DNA from: Lytechinus pictus
Lineage: Eukaryota
DNA length: 64,000 bases
Assembly: GCF_037042905.1 (NCBI RefSeq)
Contig: NC_087251.1
Location: 30,940,001-31,004,000, forward strand
Direction: 5' to 3'
In this document: one piece after another, positions 25,401 through 40,400 of the stretch
Position numbering within the stretch: position 1 is the stretch's first letter
Layout: each line of letters starts with the position of its first letter
Translations under genes and position numbers: made by a program
Notes under the pieces: model-generated
What the model saw: only the letters and a program-made list of their open reading frames with translations
What the model was told of the DNA's origin: nothing
Database searches by the model: none

Positions 25401-28400
25401 GAGTGGACTCATTAATTCAAAATAGTGGACTCATGAATAAAATAGCATACTTAACCATGGCAACAGGCGTCAATTTGGCGCACCGCGACAAAAGCGCGCA
25501 TCAGCATTTGACATTTTTTAATGTACATAGTAAATAAGCGTAATTTTTACAGGAAATTTGCATAAACCATGGGTTCAACCGAGGGTTTTGAAAACCACCT
25601 TTGTGAATTCGGGCCTTACAGTCATTGTCACTGAGAGAAAGGAAGACAACAAAATCAGCTTTTGTTGTCACTTAAATGACAAAATTATTTTGTATTCACA
25701 AATTGTCCACTTTTGAATAAATAGGTAGTAAACTTTTTACACAGTGTAAAGATTTGGTCATGTACATAAGTTAAATCTGAAATAAATTCAATTGTTAATA
25801 TTTATCGCAGTTGTTTTTTAATGTCTTACCTTGTTACCTTTTGCAATATTCATACAATAAAATGTAGATCACAGATAATCTGTAATGCCCCTCAATTTGA
25901 GTGTGGTCACATATGATTGAAGAATGCATATGTGCTAGTGTGGTCACATGCAAACATTTTCATGCAACCTAATATTTGTGCAAATGATGAGACACATTCT
26001 AATGATTTAAAGTAAACACACATGTCTGTTAATGTTTGATATTGACAGTGATTTTTATTTTCTGCTTAGCCCCAAGGGACTCCCTGAGACCTCATCTAAG
26101 ACAGACGAATTGAAACCAGACCCTTCAGTTGAAGAATCAGAAAGAGGTAAGGTCATTGTTTACATTCATTGGTATTGGTGTCTTTGATTAAGCTTTTGAG
26201 CACATCAGAACATTTCAATAAAATTATTTGATTGTAAATGAAAATAATCTCATTGCTTTACAATAATATAGATCAATGTCCATATTTTTGTAAAACTGCA
26301 GGATTAAATTTATTCAAATAATAATGTTCAGTTTTTGTGTAGCGCATATCATATTACCTTCACACTCTGGCAGCCTGGCTGTAATGGTGTATTAAAGTGA
26401 TTTTTTAAATGATGATTGCAGAAAAAGGAGCATTTGGTTCTCTGGAGGTGATAGAAGTGAGTGGAGCCTGGAAGAGCTCGGACAATGAAAAGCCGGAGTG
26501 TAATGGCCCGCTAACTGCTAATGAAGGAATTCCAATGCACAATACTGGTAAAAAGCTCTTATTTTATTTTATTCTTCATTTGCCTTTATGCAGTGATTGC
26601 TATGTAATATTTTATGCCGTTGCCAAAATGCTTGTTATATTGAGAGTTTCTTAATTGTCAATGTGGGAAATATGTTTGTAGGAGAGCAAATATTGTTGGG
26701 TCATGAAACATGTTTAGCATTCAAATAGATATTGTGGTATGAAATTGTAATTTGAATAAAATAAATGAACCTGGCACAAGTAAATAGTGCATCGCAAAGT
26801 ATAAGAGATTTTAAGGTGACAGTTTCATTACTAATAAAGGTGTAAGATGTATTTAAGGGAAACAAATTAATGAAGTTGCCTTTATCTTGGTAAGGCTAAT
26901 GTCATACATGTATCAGTTAAATTAAGGTGCTCTGCATTATTTTCCCAAATGTAACTTCTGAAGGTTTTCATGGTGAATGAGAATAGTGTAGTGAGCTTCA
27001 AGGTACACCATGTATCTTTTGTGGGAAATTGTTGGTCCTGAAAAGGACCACCCAAACTCGTTTCGACAAGTGTGTTCTTGTCGTCTGAAAACTACTGCAC
27101 TATTTTCCCAAATCTTGTCCATTTTAGATTGATTTAATGTGTAAGCTTGATGCAGTGATGTATGCAAGTTTATTATACATGTGAGACATTTGTGATAAAA
27201 AAGGCAGCACTTCTCTATTTGATGCCAGGACACTATTACCCTACTATTGTGTTTGTAAATGCTAATCACCGTGATGATTCCTTCTTCTTGTTAATACCAG
27301 TACCTGCAGTGGGAGATGAGGAACCCTCAGATTCTGTTGCAGTGTCTGCTCTGGGTATGCTCAATGCCAGCAAACTACCAAGTATAGCAACGATAGGAAC
27401 ACCAGATATGTCTTTCCCTTGTCTTGTGGCTGGAGTTAGTATACGAAATGAAGATCAGGAACAAACAAGTAACAGTAAAGAGGAAGTTAGAAGCAACAGT
27501 GTGATAGAAACAGATAATTTCATTGATTTAGATAGACCAGGAGGTGATGAAAATGGAGATGATGCTGGCACAGGTGGTGCTCCACCAAAGAAACTGAAGT
27601 TTGCTGATGCATATCTTGGAGATTCAGTTGATGGGGATGTCGATGAGAAAGCAGGGAATAAAGTGGCGTATGTGAACTACTTGGTTGTATACTGCATGAT
27701 GTACAAGGGAAAGTTGTTACCGGTCGTCAAGAAGCCTGGTGAGAAAGCGTCATCGTCCTCGGGCTTTCACAAAACGCAGAGCATGTACTTTTCACTTTCG
27801 CAAGAGACGCAGAAGCCTTATTTGGATGATGATGAACTCGGATACAGTGACCTTGAAGATCCACTAAATTTCCAGTTCTCTCCCATGGTGAACAACAATC
27901 CTCCACCTGTTGCATCTGGTTCAGGGTCTGTGGTGTCAAAACAGGTGTCTATGAGTGTGAATGCTGTTCAGTGTGTAGAGCTCCCGGAAGCAGTGCAAAC
28001 AAATGATTATGTGGTAACGTCTGTCAGGACCTCCCTGGATGAACAGTATCTGATGGTCGTCTTGAGTCCTCATTCTGGGAAGATGTTTGAGAGAGAAGCA
28101 ATAGATGGTGGTGTGGACAAACAAGAGAAGGTAGATCCTGTAAGTATAAGTACAGAGTCTACAACGGAATCAGTGCAAAATGACTTGAACAAAGGAAGCT
28201 CTTCTTTCATGATGATGAGCAATGAAGATTGTGGTATAGGTGTAGACGAGGTCGATACCGGGCCTTGCTCTTCAGGAACAGATGATGCTGATTCTAGGAC
28301 TAACCACCAACATTTTGTGAAAGACGGACCTCCCAAAGCATCATCTGGAGGTTTTCTAGTCATCTACAAGTTAAAGCGAGCTGGCCAGATGATATCCATC

Positions 28401-31400
28401 GAGAAGGAACCATGCCATATACACCGGATAGCCTCTCCCGAGGATTCATTGTCGTACTTGACACCTCTCCCGTCAGGGGTGACAGATGCCAGCAGTGATG
28501 AAGAAGAAGTAGATCCGTACATGGACAGCTCTACAGACAATATGGATAAAGATGAAACTGATTCACCATCACCACCCTCGATAGGCAAGTGGACGGCACT
28601 AACTCAAAATGGCCATCTGATTGTTTTTGATGCTGCTTCTTTCTCAGTACTCCTGTCTATCTTGCCATCGCACTTTGAATTTACGCTGACTTCCTCTGGT
28701 GCAGAAGACAAGACAAATAGCTATATAGCACTTACCTATTGTACAGGTATGGAAAGACTCTGTGTATGCACAGGTGGAGGGAAGATTAGCTTTTTACAGC
28801 TAGATGATGGAGAATCTTCTATTAAAGTGAACAGTGGAGCCGATCAAAAGGATTCAGGGAAAACGGCAATACTAGATAGCAGACTGACTGCCAACATTGA
28901 CAAGTCAAGTGAGTAATCCAATATATTATTTTTCTTCAAAATTTTTTTTTCTTTTAAAAATGTGTTGATTTATATTTCCAAAATATAATCAATCCATAAT
29001 TATAATTTGCTCTATGGGAATATTTTGTGGCTAGTTGGTCTTCTAGTCAAATGGCTTGTTTAAAAAACCAATGAATACATGGATGCAATTTTGTAGTGTT
29101 TGACGACCCCTCCCCTCCCCCCCCCAAAAAAAATCAAATGATTATAAAATATAATGAAATGATACTGATATAAGTTATAACGGTAAATGGTGAATTGTTC
29201 AAGAGTTGAAAAACATTTTGCTGTTGTGACTAAAGATTTGAGCCAAAGTCAGAAAGCAAGTGAGTTTGTGCAATTGTGAACACAGTAGTCTACTCTATTT
29301 TTTTTTTGGTAGTACTCCAAGAGGGAATTATCGATAAAGATAATTATCTACTACATATTGGATTATCTTCAAAATTTATTTTAATTTGAATGTAATCTAA
29401 AACATATCAGAGATCAATTTGATAGTGTACATTTTGCCTGTAATAGGTAAAGAATTCATCATCAACTCAAACCTGACCATCTCGGCGCTTCACACGTTAC
29501 ATCAGCTGACCAAATTTGAGATCCTGGTGCCCCGTTTCTCTGCGACCGTACCCCCCTCCTGGACAGAGATCCAGCAAGAACAGCAACAAAGACGTCATCC
29601 CCAGCACCTACATCAGCGTCAGCAAGGAGATGCCCTCCAGCATACAAGGACTTGGAAGCTCCAACCGGATGGGTGAGTATTCCTTGCTTCAGTGTTGGTA
29701 GATGGACAATTCTGTCACATATGTACATCCCACCCCCTATTGTTAGAACAGGGGGTCTACATTTTACAAGCTTTGCTTTTTAGTAGGCCCCTCCACTTTT
29801 TTCATTTCATTGCTACGTTTCAATCTGTGTGTTATGCATTTTTTTTCAGTGTTAAAATGATTTATTATAAATGTACTTTGATGATTGTGGAATATGAATA
29901 TATCAACTTCCTGAGTGAGTTTCCTTCTGCCTCTGAGTTACGATTGATCCGACATTGATATGGACAGCCAGCAACTTCAACATCTAAAATGCATGTTCAA
30001 AATGTTTTCTAGATATGACATAAATTACATAAATTTGGTGTGTTCGCCTTTGTTTGCAGAGGACATTTTGAAGATGTAACTGTCTGCACTTGATATGCCA
30101 TTATCATTTACTGACAGTGTCTCTTTATATATCATTCATTACAGATCTACAAGTCAAGAGCATCTATTTGAGATAGTCCTACCCAGAATCTGTGCAGTTG
30201 GTCATATAGATATAAAGTTCAGTCTACTACCATTCTGTACGGTACCTCCTGGGATACAGGTCACTCTACTTCAACAGAGTGAAAAATATAGAGCAGGTAA
30301 ACAGTCTCAACATAACTCCTTCAACTCTTCCAATGTGTGTTTTTGTATTTGAAGCGTCTTCATAGATTTTCATTGCTTTTCCTCCGCCTATCATAGGTGG
30401 TTGCTGGCATTATGCTTTTGGGTTGTTTGTCCTGATTAATGAAATGACTGTTTGGTGGAGTGCATGCATCTTACAGTGGCTAACACAATGTAAAAGGACA
30501 ATGGTCACATACCCAAAAATGTATTTTTCTCTTTATAACTTAAGTGTAATTTAATGGTTTAACTTGAAAAAAACTTAATTTCGTTATCACCTGACAAAGC
30601 TTTATCTTTATTATTGAATAGGAGAGAAAGAAAAGATGAACATCAAATCAACACCCATTGATGCTCATATCAACTTCAACATGAACGCTGGATCTAGTGC
30701 AAGATCCAAGGAACCCAAAGAGCAAAATTTAGATCTTCCTGGTCTCCCTCCTCCGTTCCTTGGTGCTCTTGGCACAGATGATGCAGGTATCGATGAAGCC
30801 GGGCCTAGCAATAGACAACAGCCATCTTCCCAAGATGGACCATCCACTCAGTCATCAGGTCAGCGATCGGCTCTGACTGAATCATCTTTCCTTCGGAGAC
30901 ACAGAGAGGATGTCCTCTGTGGTCCTTGTGGACTGGAGCTGTTTGTAGATACACCTAGTCATACAGGGACAGTCATGCTGACCAGTAAAGATCTGATGCT
31001 CTGGAGAGGAAGATCATTCCTGCTGCATATCTGGACCAGTGATGAGGGAAGTGCTGAGGGTGCCACCAATGGCAGGTCCAAAGCTGCTAGTTCAGATCAA
31101 GGTATTGACCTATCAGAACTTATTAGATAACTTTTCTAGTTGCTGTGAAACGTAGTTTCAAGAAAAAGTGTTTGAAATAAGGTTATTTTACAATGTCATC
31201 ATAGATGTAGTTCTAGTAAGTTCTGACAAATTTGAAGAAACCATGTTTTGTGAGATGATGAAATTAGGAAACATATATAACCACATGTGGTTGTGGTAGT
31301 ATTGAAGCTTGGAAAAATACTGGGCTATTGATAGAATGATATCCTTCATTTTTCTCTCACAATCATGTGATACATGAGTTTATTTATATATACAAATATG

Positions 31401-34400
31401 TGGTAATTTTCTTTAATTCTGTCTGAATTTTACTTTTATTATCATAGCCTTCATTAAGCTCAGATAGTCATTGGTTAGTTTTGCTTAGATTTGCAAAATT
31501 ACTTAAGAAATTGTTAGGGCAATGTAATTCATGACATTATTGTAAAGCATCGAGTCAACATTTGAAAGACATGAAAATTTATCAAAAAAAGAGTGACTTG
31601 ATGCTTAATAAATTTATGTAACATGAAAAACTTGATGATTTCTTTATTATTGTCCATTTTCAGCATCATTTGTTCCTCAATTTCACACCAATGTGGATCT
31701 TGCTGACCGACTGACCACTGTCCAGCTACGTAAGGACATGGAGAAGTACACTGGATGTGATTGGATACAAGAATTGTCAATCACAGTCTGTAAATCAAAG
31801 AAAGTCAATCTACCCAAAGAAAGGTTTGTAGATGTTCATGAAAAACTTTAAGTTTGTAAACTTTTGGACCAGACTATCATTTATATATGGATATGCCCTT
31901 TCCAGTTACCCAAAGTCAAAATGATGTATCCTATAAAAATTGAGAAAAAATACTATTACACTTATGCAGAAATTATTAATTAGTCCTCAGCTTGTCTCAG
32001 ACTTGTCTGTAATTATATTGGTTTATAAGTAGAAGATATTTTTGATATACATAAATTATTATTTTCATGTATTACATAGCAAGCCCTTTCTTGATTTTCA
32101 GTAAGATCTTAAAATATTTGCTTACTTAATTGAGTTAGATTTCATGTGGTCAAAAATCGTAACAGGAATCTCAAGCATCTTGTGAAAAATGTTAGATTTC
32201 ACCTCTATAAGGGTGTTTCTGCTAGTTGAATATCAAATACTATGAATTATATATATTTTTCTATTCTGTTTCCAATTATTTAAAAAAAAAAAAAAAAGTA
32301 CACTTAACTAGGTTCCTAATTGATTTTCAAGTCATCTGCAGGGATCATTTGTGAGCATGTGTTTCAATGTTATTAGCTAATCGATAATTTTCTTCCTCCA
32401 TAACGTCATCGTAGATTCCAAAGAGCTCTAATGGTGGAGTCTTCCAACTTTCATCAAGATCTTCTGAACACAGTGATAGCACCAAGTAGCCTATCGTCCA
32501 ATTTGACAGAGCATAAGCAGAAGCAGATTCTGGCCTTTGATGTTCTTTGTTGGGTTGCAGGGGTTCATATAGCAGAGCCTGAGAGGTAAGAATGGCCTAC
32601 CCTGCTACAAGAGTGTCTTGCACAAAGAGAAATGTACATTATTTCTTTTGATGATCTGGGATGCTTGTTTGTTAGAAATTTACAATCACAATTTGCTGTT
32701 ATTGCTGTCATCTTTGTTATTTTCTGCACTAGAAAATGGTCTTTATAAGCGAATGATTCATCACTTATTCATGTCAAAAAAAAATTTTAATGCAAGAAAA
32801 AGAAAAGGATGGATAATTATACTTATCACATTTTTATTTTCATGAAGAGTGCATAGCAAGGCATTGTTGGTCGACATGAAATCTTATGTCAATAGTGTAT
32901 TTTTCCCCCTGAATGATTTACAGGGATAAGTAATTTTGTCATACTCTGCTGTATATCACTGTTCGTTGTTCTTATAATTTCCACATCTTTTAATTCCAGA
33001 CCTTCTGATTTAGTTGAAGCTACCCAATACATCTTACCAGATATCATCAAGATCTGCTACTTGGAAGCTGATAGAAGCCTTGCTCACAAGTGCAGCCGTT
33101 TCCTGGCTCTCTGCTTGGGGTAAGCTTTGGTCTTAATTGAGGTTTTGAGGGCTGGATGATATCAAGTTAATCATGTTTTGCACACTTATTATTCTTTAGA
33201 GTTTTTCAATTGTGTGTGTTTGAAATATTGAATGGTCAAGATTATCATATGAGCTCATCATTCTCACACATTTTTTGCATCAAGATAAATCCCTATAAAT
33301 CAAGTGAAGATAGAGATAATGTTATAATAATGATAATAATAATAACCTCATATTTTACCCAGGGAAGCCACTTCAGTTCTGAAAACCGTCTACCAGTGGG
33401 CCCATGATGATGTTATGTAATGTAATGTACTTATGTCAAATTTACAAGGAGATCCACACAGTGAAAGTATGTTTTAATTTGTTTGTGTGTGTATAATCAA
33501 TACTTTTATGTGTACACCATAGTTTGTTGCTGGAGGCATTATGTTTGGGGTTGTCTGTCCAGTTGTCATTCTTGCGATAAGCCAATAAAAAGAGATGTTC
33601 CTATGTCAAATTCACAAGGATATCCACACAATTAACTTTGTTTAATTTGTGTGAGTGTACATAACCATCAATTTCTTTTTAATCTTTCCTTCAGGTGTGC
33701 AAAGAGAAATCCAAACCCTGATGTAGCGGCTTTGTTCCAGAAAGCTCTCCTTGACAGCCTACTGCATTGGTTGCCAACCGTTGCTTCAGCTCCGTCCTCT
33801 GGCTCTCTGCATTGGTTCTTTGTAATCCTTGGTTTGGTAAAGCAAGCTGACTATGAAGCAGTCAGTGGAGGTTGCATGGCGATGCTAAAAGCAGCAGCGA
33901 GACAGCTGGACGAAGCTACCCTGCCTCAGCATGTGGTGCTTAGAGCAAAGTAAGTCTGACTTAATGTTCCGGGTCTAGGATTTGAATTTATTGAGGGCAA
34001 GAATTGATGATTAAAACTCAGGAGAATTTCAGTTGATTACAGTCTGGTTGTTAATGTATGGGTTGGAGGAAAGAGTAACGGTAAATTTTCTGTAGTTTTC
34101 AGCATGGTCCATCTGAAAACTTATTTCGAAGACGAATGAATTTATGATGTATTCTAAGGTATTGATATTATTTGCTTTTTTTTTGGGCATCAGTGTATCA
34201 TCCAAGAATTTTAAGTGTTTAAAGCTGTGCAATGTGAATAAGAAGATAAAAGATATTGACAAATGATATTTTTTCTTTTATTTTTGTAGGTTTGGCTATT
34301 ATGGGACACCCTTGGAACCAAATCTCTTTGACGTAGAGCCACCCCGTCCCCCATCCAAACTGGACTCTACCGGTCCTTCCACCACATCCACCGGCACCAC

Positions 34401-37400
34401 CACCTCCAGCTCTGTCCCTCTCCCCCAGATATGGACCGAGGTTGGACCTTATGGCAGTCATCAGGGTCTACCGGTGGTCCTGGGTGGGGGTGGTGCCTTT
34501 GATATCGGTGCTGAACCAGGTACCAAGGGAATGTCCCTGAGAGCCAAGGGATCCCTTGGAGGGATCGTTGGAGTGGAGACCGGTGATGGATCACTGACAA
34601 GTGGTGGTTATTTCATGAAAGGTCTCCTAGAAGTTGAGCCTTTGCATTTTGCCTGTTGTGGTATGAGTGACGGAGCACACATTGAGAGGATTGGAGGTGG
34701 TAAGTACTTTGGAGTAAAGGGGGGGATGAGGGTTATGGAACCTGATTGCATGATTGAGATAAAAAAATAGTTATAGCCATAACATGCTTGAATATCTTCA
34801 AGAAAAAATTGTCCTCGAAAAACGTATCATTTAAGAGAATGGATCACATTTAACCTCATCATCTTTCTGAAAATCATACAGAATGTCATTTTAAAATACA
34901 TCAATTTCTTTTAGAGTAATACACTATTTGTACTTTTTGTACTATTTGTATGTGGTAATTGGGTTCTTTCTAAGGCTTGATCAGGTATGGTAAAAAAATA
35001 TTATTGGTGTACAAGTTTATGAAATATGAGGTATAGAGAGTTTACATATATGCAGGTAGCATTTCTTTCATCTGGCTGAAACAAAAATTCCTCAAAAGTT
35101 AGAGCCAGTAATTGATCCCATGAGTTGTTGTTTTTTTGCAACTTTTGGTTGGCAAAATAATGAAAATCCTTTTTTCAGAGCTAACATATCAATGTGAATG
35201 TTGAGCGTCTATTGATTATTTTATATGCCACATCTTGACACAGAAATTTATCTATAAGAAACTTAACTATCATTTCTATATCATTCAACATATCATACAG
35301 GATATGTAATCAAGGTATACTACTAGACAGTGCTTTGAGTCTTATGTTTGTTTGATTATTTTAATTTTAGGTATCCACCCAGCCTCCAGTGTTCATCCTG
35401 TCCCTCAAGGTCAAGGTGGTAAAGGCAATACTGCACAGCCAGGTAACCCACCTACACCAGCCTACCTAGCTACTCTCACCAATGCAATGGCTACAGCTGA
35501 GAAACAACTCCAGAAGCTCAAAGAGAAGACCAAAGCATTGGTTCAACTCAAGAAGTATAACTACATACCAGGAGTAAGTTTCATCCATTCTTATTTGTTT
35601 CAACAATTTAGCAATAAGTCATGGCTTTCTCAGACATAGGTCTGTACATGTGGAGTGTTTCATGATAGGACTTGTCAGATGTTTCGTCCAACAAAATCTG
35701 AGACACCCATTAATTACCAGTAACATTCATACAACTTGTGTTTTTCACCTAAGCAAATCCAAAGAAAGTTGTCAGATCAGACAACTTGTTTGAAGAAAAA
35801 TGTTCATTAAATGCTCTCCTGATATGAAATTACTATCATTTGAAATGTCACTATACATTGATCTTAAATCATTTATTCTAATCAAACTATTGTTATGAAG
35901 GACAAGAAATATTAATGGTCTGAGAATTTTTTTGATTATTTGCTAAATTTTTATTTCTGAAAGTTAAATATAGGAGTTCTTCATAGTTATTTCATAGGTG
36001 TTATTATCACATATGGCCTTTTATATGACCAGGATTTGTTTCAGTTTTTATGAATCCTTGACATCCTGTCATAGCCTGGGTATGTTAGCCCTGTTGTGAT
36101 TTCTGTGAATGTGAGACTGAGTACATACATTTGTTTTAGTTAATACATATTAATGAATATGGTATGTTTCCTGTTTTCATTTCAGCAGTCATCAAAGGGC
36201 GTTGGAGAACCGAGTCCCAAGAACTCGCCTCTCTTCATGACCCCTCCTGTATCCCCTCCATCTGAACCTGTAGGGCAAGCCCCTCCAGAACAACCTCCTC
36301 TGTTGTATAGTATACCCGATGATGAATGTGGGTTACATGGTCAACCTGGTGAAGGTTCTCAGGGAGGAAAATCATCTAGTAAATCATCTTCAAAGGTTAG
36401 CAAATTTTAAAGAGTTGTTTATATCAAGTAACTAATATCTATGACTCTGCCCACCATTTTGTTCTTTTGTTCTCCTAATAACTAAAGAACCACTTGACAG
36501 ATTAGTTTTAACATTGGCCCAAGTATACATTATGATGATGATCTGATTATCTTTCAGGGGGGGGGGATTCGATGTCAGAGGCCATAAAGGTTTTAAAACC
36601 ATTGTCTGATATGAATCTTGGCTGAATTTGTTTTAAAATCATTTATCATACACCATAATTATTAGTGTTTGATAATTTGATGTGTTATAAAAACACTGTT
36701 GGCACTCGATGAACAAGTTGCAACTACTGGGGTTTTGAAATTTTTTGCTCAGCTGTCATTTACATTTAAGTTAATTGGTATGCAATGAATTGGATTAATG
36801 GGCTGTATAACTTAAGCCATGATTGTATTTCCATGCAAAACTTACAGTGAATATGCATTAATTAACAAGTAATTTGATTAATTATAAAGATCTTAAATTT
36901 ATAAAAGCCTACACTTCCCCGCAATAAAAAAAACCCAATGAATTCAGTCACTTTTATGTCTTAGATTGAATGGAATTTAAATCAAGATTTAAATTCAATG
37001 GATATAATCTTTTATTCATAGGATGATCTGAAGTTTGAGTTGGATGATGGTGTTCCCTCTAGTGCATCACTGGTACGCAATCTCCTTCATCCTCCATCAT
37101 CACATATGCTGGTCATAGAGAGGATGCATTCAGGTAAAAATCTTAAGTCATATTTCATATCCTAGACATGGCAGTTATACTCACATGAATCTGCAATAAA
37201 GAATACTTTTATGGCTGGATGTGACCCTTCCTAGTTTATGATTAACCATTTTTACTTCACGAATTGCTCCACGAAATACTTGAGAGCATTATGCTCTTCA
37301 TATAAACTAGGCAACTGAGACAAATCACTGGGAAGGTCACTCAAGTTGAGGATCAGACGCACATACATGTACTTTATGGAAATGACCTTTAGTATTTTAC

Positions 37401-40400
37401 CGATGTATTATACAATGCCATTTAGAAGTCTTTTCTTCATTTTCTTATATTGGAGTGTTATTTTATTTTGATTAACAAACAACCAGAAATTGAGTCCTAG
37501 TGAGCTTGTGGTTTATTATGAAAAGTGCCTGATAATTTTCAACAAAAATGATAAGTCATTTCAGTTTTGCACGATATGTGTGTAATTTCTTGTACACCAA
37601 CATAATGACTAATTTCATGCAAAATAATTGTTTCATATTATTATAGATATTTGCTTAAACCTTTTTCCTAAATCCTTGTTTAAATATTTATTTCATTCTC
37701 AGGAGCAAGGAGGTATGCTGTGCTGGACTTTGGTCGTCCGATTGTTTTGACCGATGTATATATTCCAGCATGCAGTGATCTCACTTCCCTATCAGTGGAC
37801 ATATGGACTCAGTTAGAAGAGGTGGATGGTCAGCGCTTAGCTGTTGCAATGGACATTGAATCTAGGGACCTGGTTCTCAATGATCTTCTACCTCCCCCTG
37901 TGTGTAGATACTTGAAGGTAAAAACACTTTGTTGCTTTGGAAAACTAAAACTTTTATGAAGCACTTTGAGATGGATGGACCGCATCTTTTGGAGGGACAA
38001 TGCACCTGTGAAAAGGTTATGGGATCTGGAAGTGGATGGCATAAGAAAAAATGAAGACTGAAGAATATATGGAAAGATATTGTAAGGTTGGTCTGATTGA
38101 GTAGGATGATGGTTTAGACTGAAAGGAATGGAAAGGGAGGGGGAGAATGGCGCAAGATTCTGGAACCTTCTTAAGAAGAAAATGCTGCCGAATAGACGGA
38201 TGATGATCAGCAACCCAAACTACAGAGTGTTGCAATTTTTTTTAGCATTGTTTGTTAAATGTATTGTCGTTCATGCTTTCATTTCAGATTACTGTTGTAG
38301 GCAACTATGGAAGCAACAGCCCAAAATCTAAGGTTCCATTGGGTACATTCTATGGTCATTCCTTCATTCACCAAGAGATAAAGCCAAGGGATCTCTCTGA
38401 TCCAGCACTTGTAGAACTACAGAAAGAACAGTATGTCGGACTAGCAATGGCAATATTGGATGACATCCAATGTAGGTATAGCCTTGCCACTAGCCGTCTC
38501 CAGAAGCTTCTTCAAGCCTATGAGAGCTACCACCAGACAGAGAATCAGATGGATGGCAGTTACACCCAGACACGAGAGAAGGTGGACACCAACGGGAGCA
38601 TCCGCAAGGCCTATGTGGAGTGTGTGCAGCTTCAGCAGCAGCTGAATGTTGTTCAGCGTACCATCCTGCGGCTACGTCAACAGCAGTACCAGCAGCAGTA
38701 TACGATGACCCCAATCACCAGCCCTGCTCTAGCTGTCAAGAACACCTCGACCGATGCGCTACGCATCATGTGTGAGCATCTGTTGGAGGTGTTGCTGAGC
38801 ACCACCCAAGGAGCAATGGCCCTGCCGGTGTCCCTGTGCTGTGCCTTGGATGCCGAGTCCTGCAAGTCAATCTTCAGGCACCTGTGTGTCATGGGAACAC
38901 CCAGACTGAGCTTACTCACAGGAACATTATTGGTTAGGGTTTGTGGCTCTCGGCAATGGTGGGGAGAGTTTCTGGCTGCTGCTCTCAAAGAATTCTTCCA
39001 GTCAGATCAACCTACAATGTTCCCTCAGGATAGGTGTGTATTCTTAAAAAAGTTGTATGAAATATTCCCTTGGTTATCAACTGTAATACAAACAGTTAAA
39101 TCAATAACATTGTATAAAGTATACCCAAAAAGAGGGAAGGGGGTATTTTTCAAAACCCCTCATGTAAAATGAAAATGTGAATTCCATTTGAGTAGAACGT
39201 AAATGAGTTAGATGTAGTAAACATTAGTGTCTTTAAGATTTATTTGATGTATTCAGTTAATCCACTCTCTGGTCCTTACAAATTCTTCACCACATCTAAC
39301 AAACAATGACAATCATTTTATTTGTATGACAGGGTGTTCCTTCTCTTGACTTCACTTGGACAAACCTCCTTGGCCTCAAGCAATGCTAGCAGTGTGTTGG
39401 AAGATCTCCTCAGACTCCTTACTGAACTACTCTCACCTCTTCTTGGCAATCAGTTTGTCAGCAGTTATGGATCACCTGAAGGTAAATACTTTGAATTGAT
39501 AGGATCTGGAAGGGAGTTATGATTTGTGACTATCATAAATACATAGATATTGAATATGAAGTAAAAGCCCCTTATATTTTGGAAATGCAAGGTTAAATGA
39601 AATGATATGGATTTCTCTCAGCTGATTAAGAGTATTTCATAAGGGTGTTGCAACTGCAAGAAAGATATTTGCAATCAATTCAAATACCACAATCAATTAG
39701 TTAATTAAAAAACCCGTAGTATGCATGATGTTGTAAGAAGCAGCTATCAATTAATTGGTTATTTTGCAAATAAAAGATCTGTTTAAAAAAAAATTCAAAT
39801 TTAATGCATATATTTCAAAGTTGTTCTTAGTAACTTAAAAGCCTGTAGAGGCTAGCCAGACATAGCAACAAGTAATGCACGCAAACTGTATTCCAAGTAT
39901 AAGTTCATGAAATACCTGGTTACCAGGGGGGCGTTTCATCAATATTTTCGTCCGACAAGTTGTCAGATCTGACAACTTTCCTGGATTCTGATTGGTTGAG
40001 AAGCACTGTTACTATAGTAACTGTCGGATAAAATAGGACTTGTCGGATAAAACGTCTGACAAGTCCTTTCATGAAACGCTCCCCTGGAGAGCGTTTCATC
40101 AACATTTTCGTCGGACAAGTTGTCAGATCTGACAACTTTCCTTGATAATGATTGGCTGAGAGTCACTGTTACCATAGTAGCTGTCGGATAAAACAGTACT
40201 TGTCGGATAAAACGTCCGACAAGTCCTTTCATGAAACGCTCCCCTGGTCTCCAGAAAAAAATTTCTGTGAATATGACTCTTATGAATGATTTGTGATTGA
40301 GTTTTATTTTTGATTGACTTCCAATGAATTGCAAGTCTCATGCAATGCTCCTGTATGTCTATCATACCATGTGTCTACATTCATTTCATCACAGGATCCC

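Noticed and set aside
27162..28916. 584-aa ORF as a standalone gene
   Set aside because: It is BIRC6 exon 27301-28908 read through from intronic sequence; splice sites and phases fit the neighbouring exons.
39920..40365. ORFs with internally repeated peptides
   Set aside because: Artefacts of the MITE dimer.
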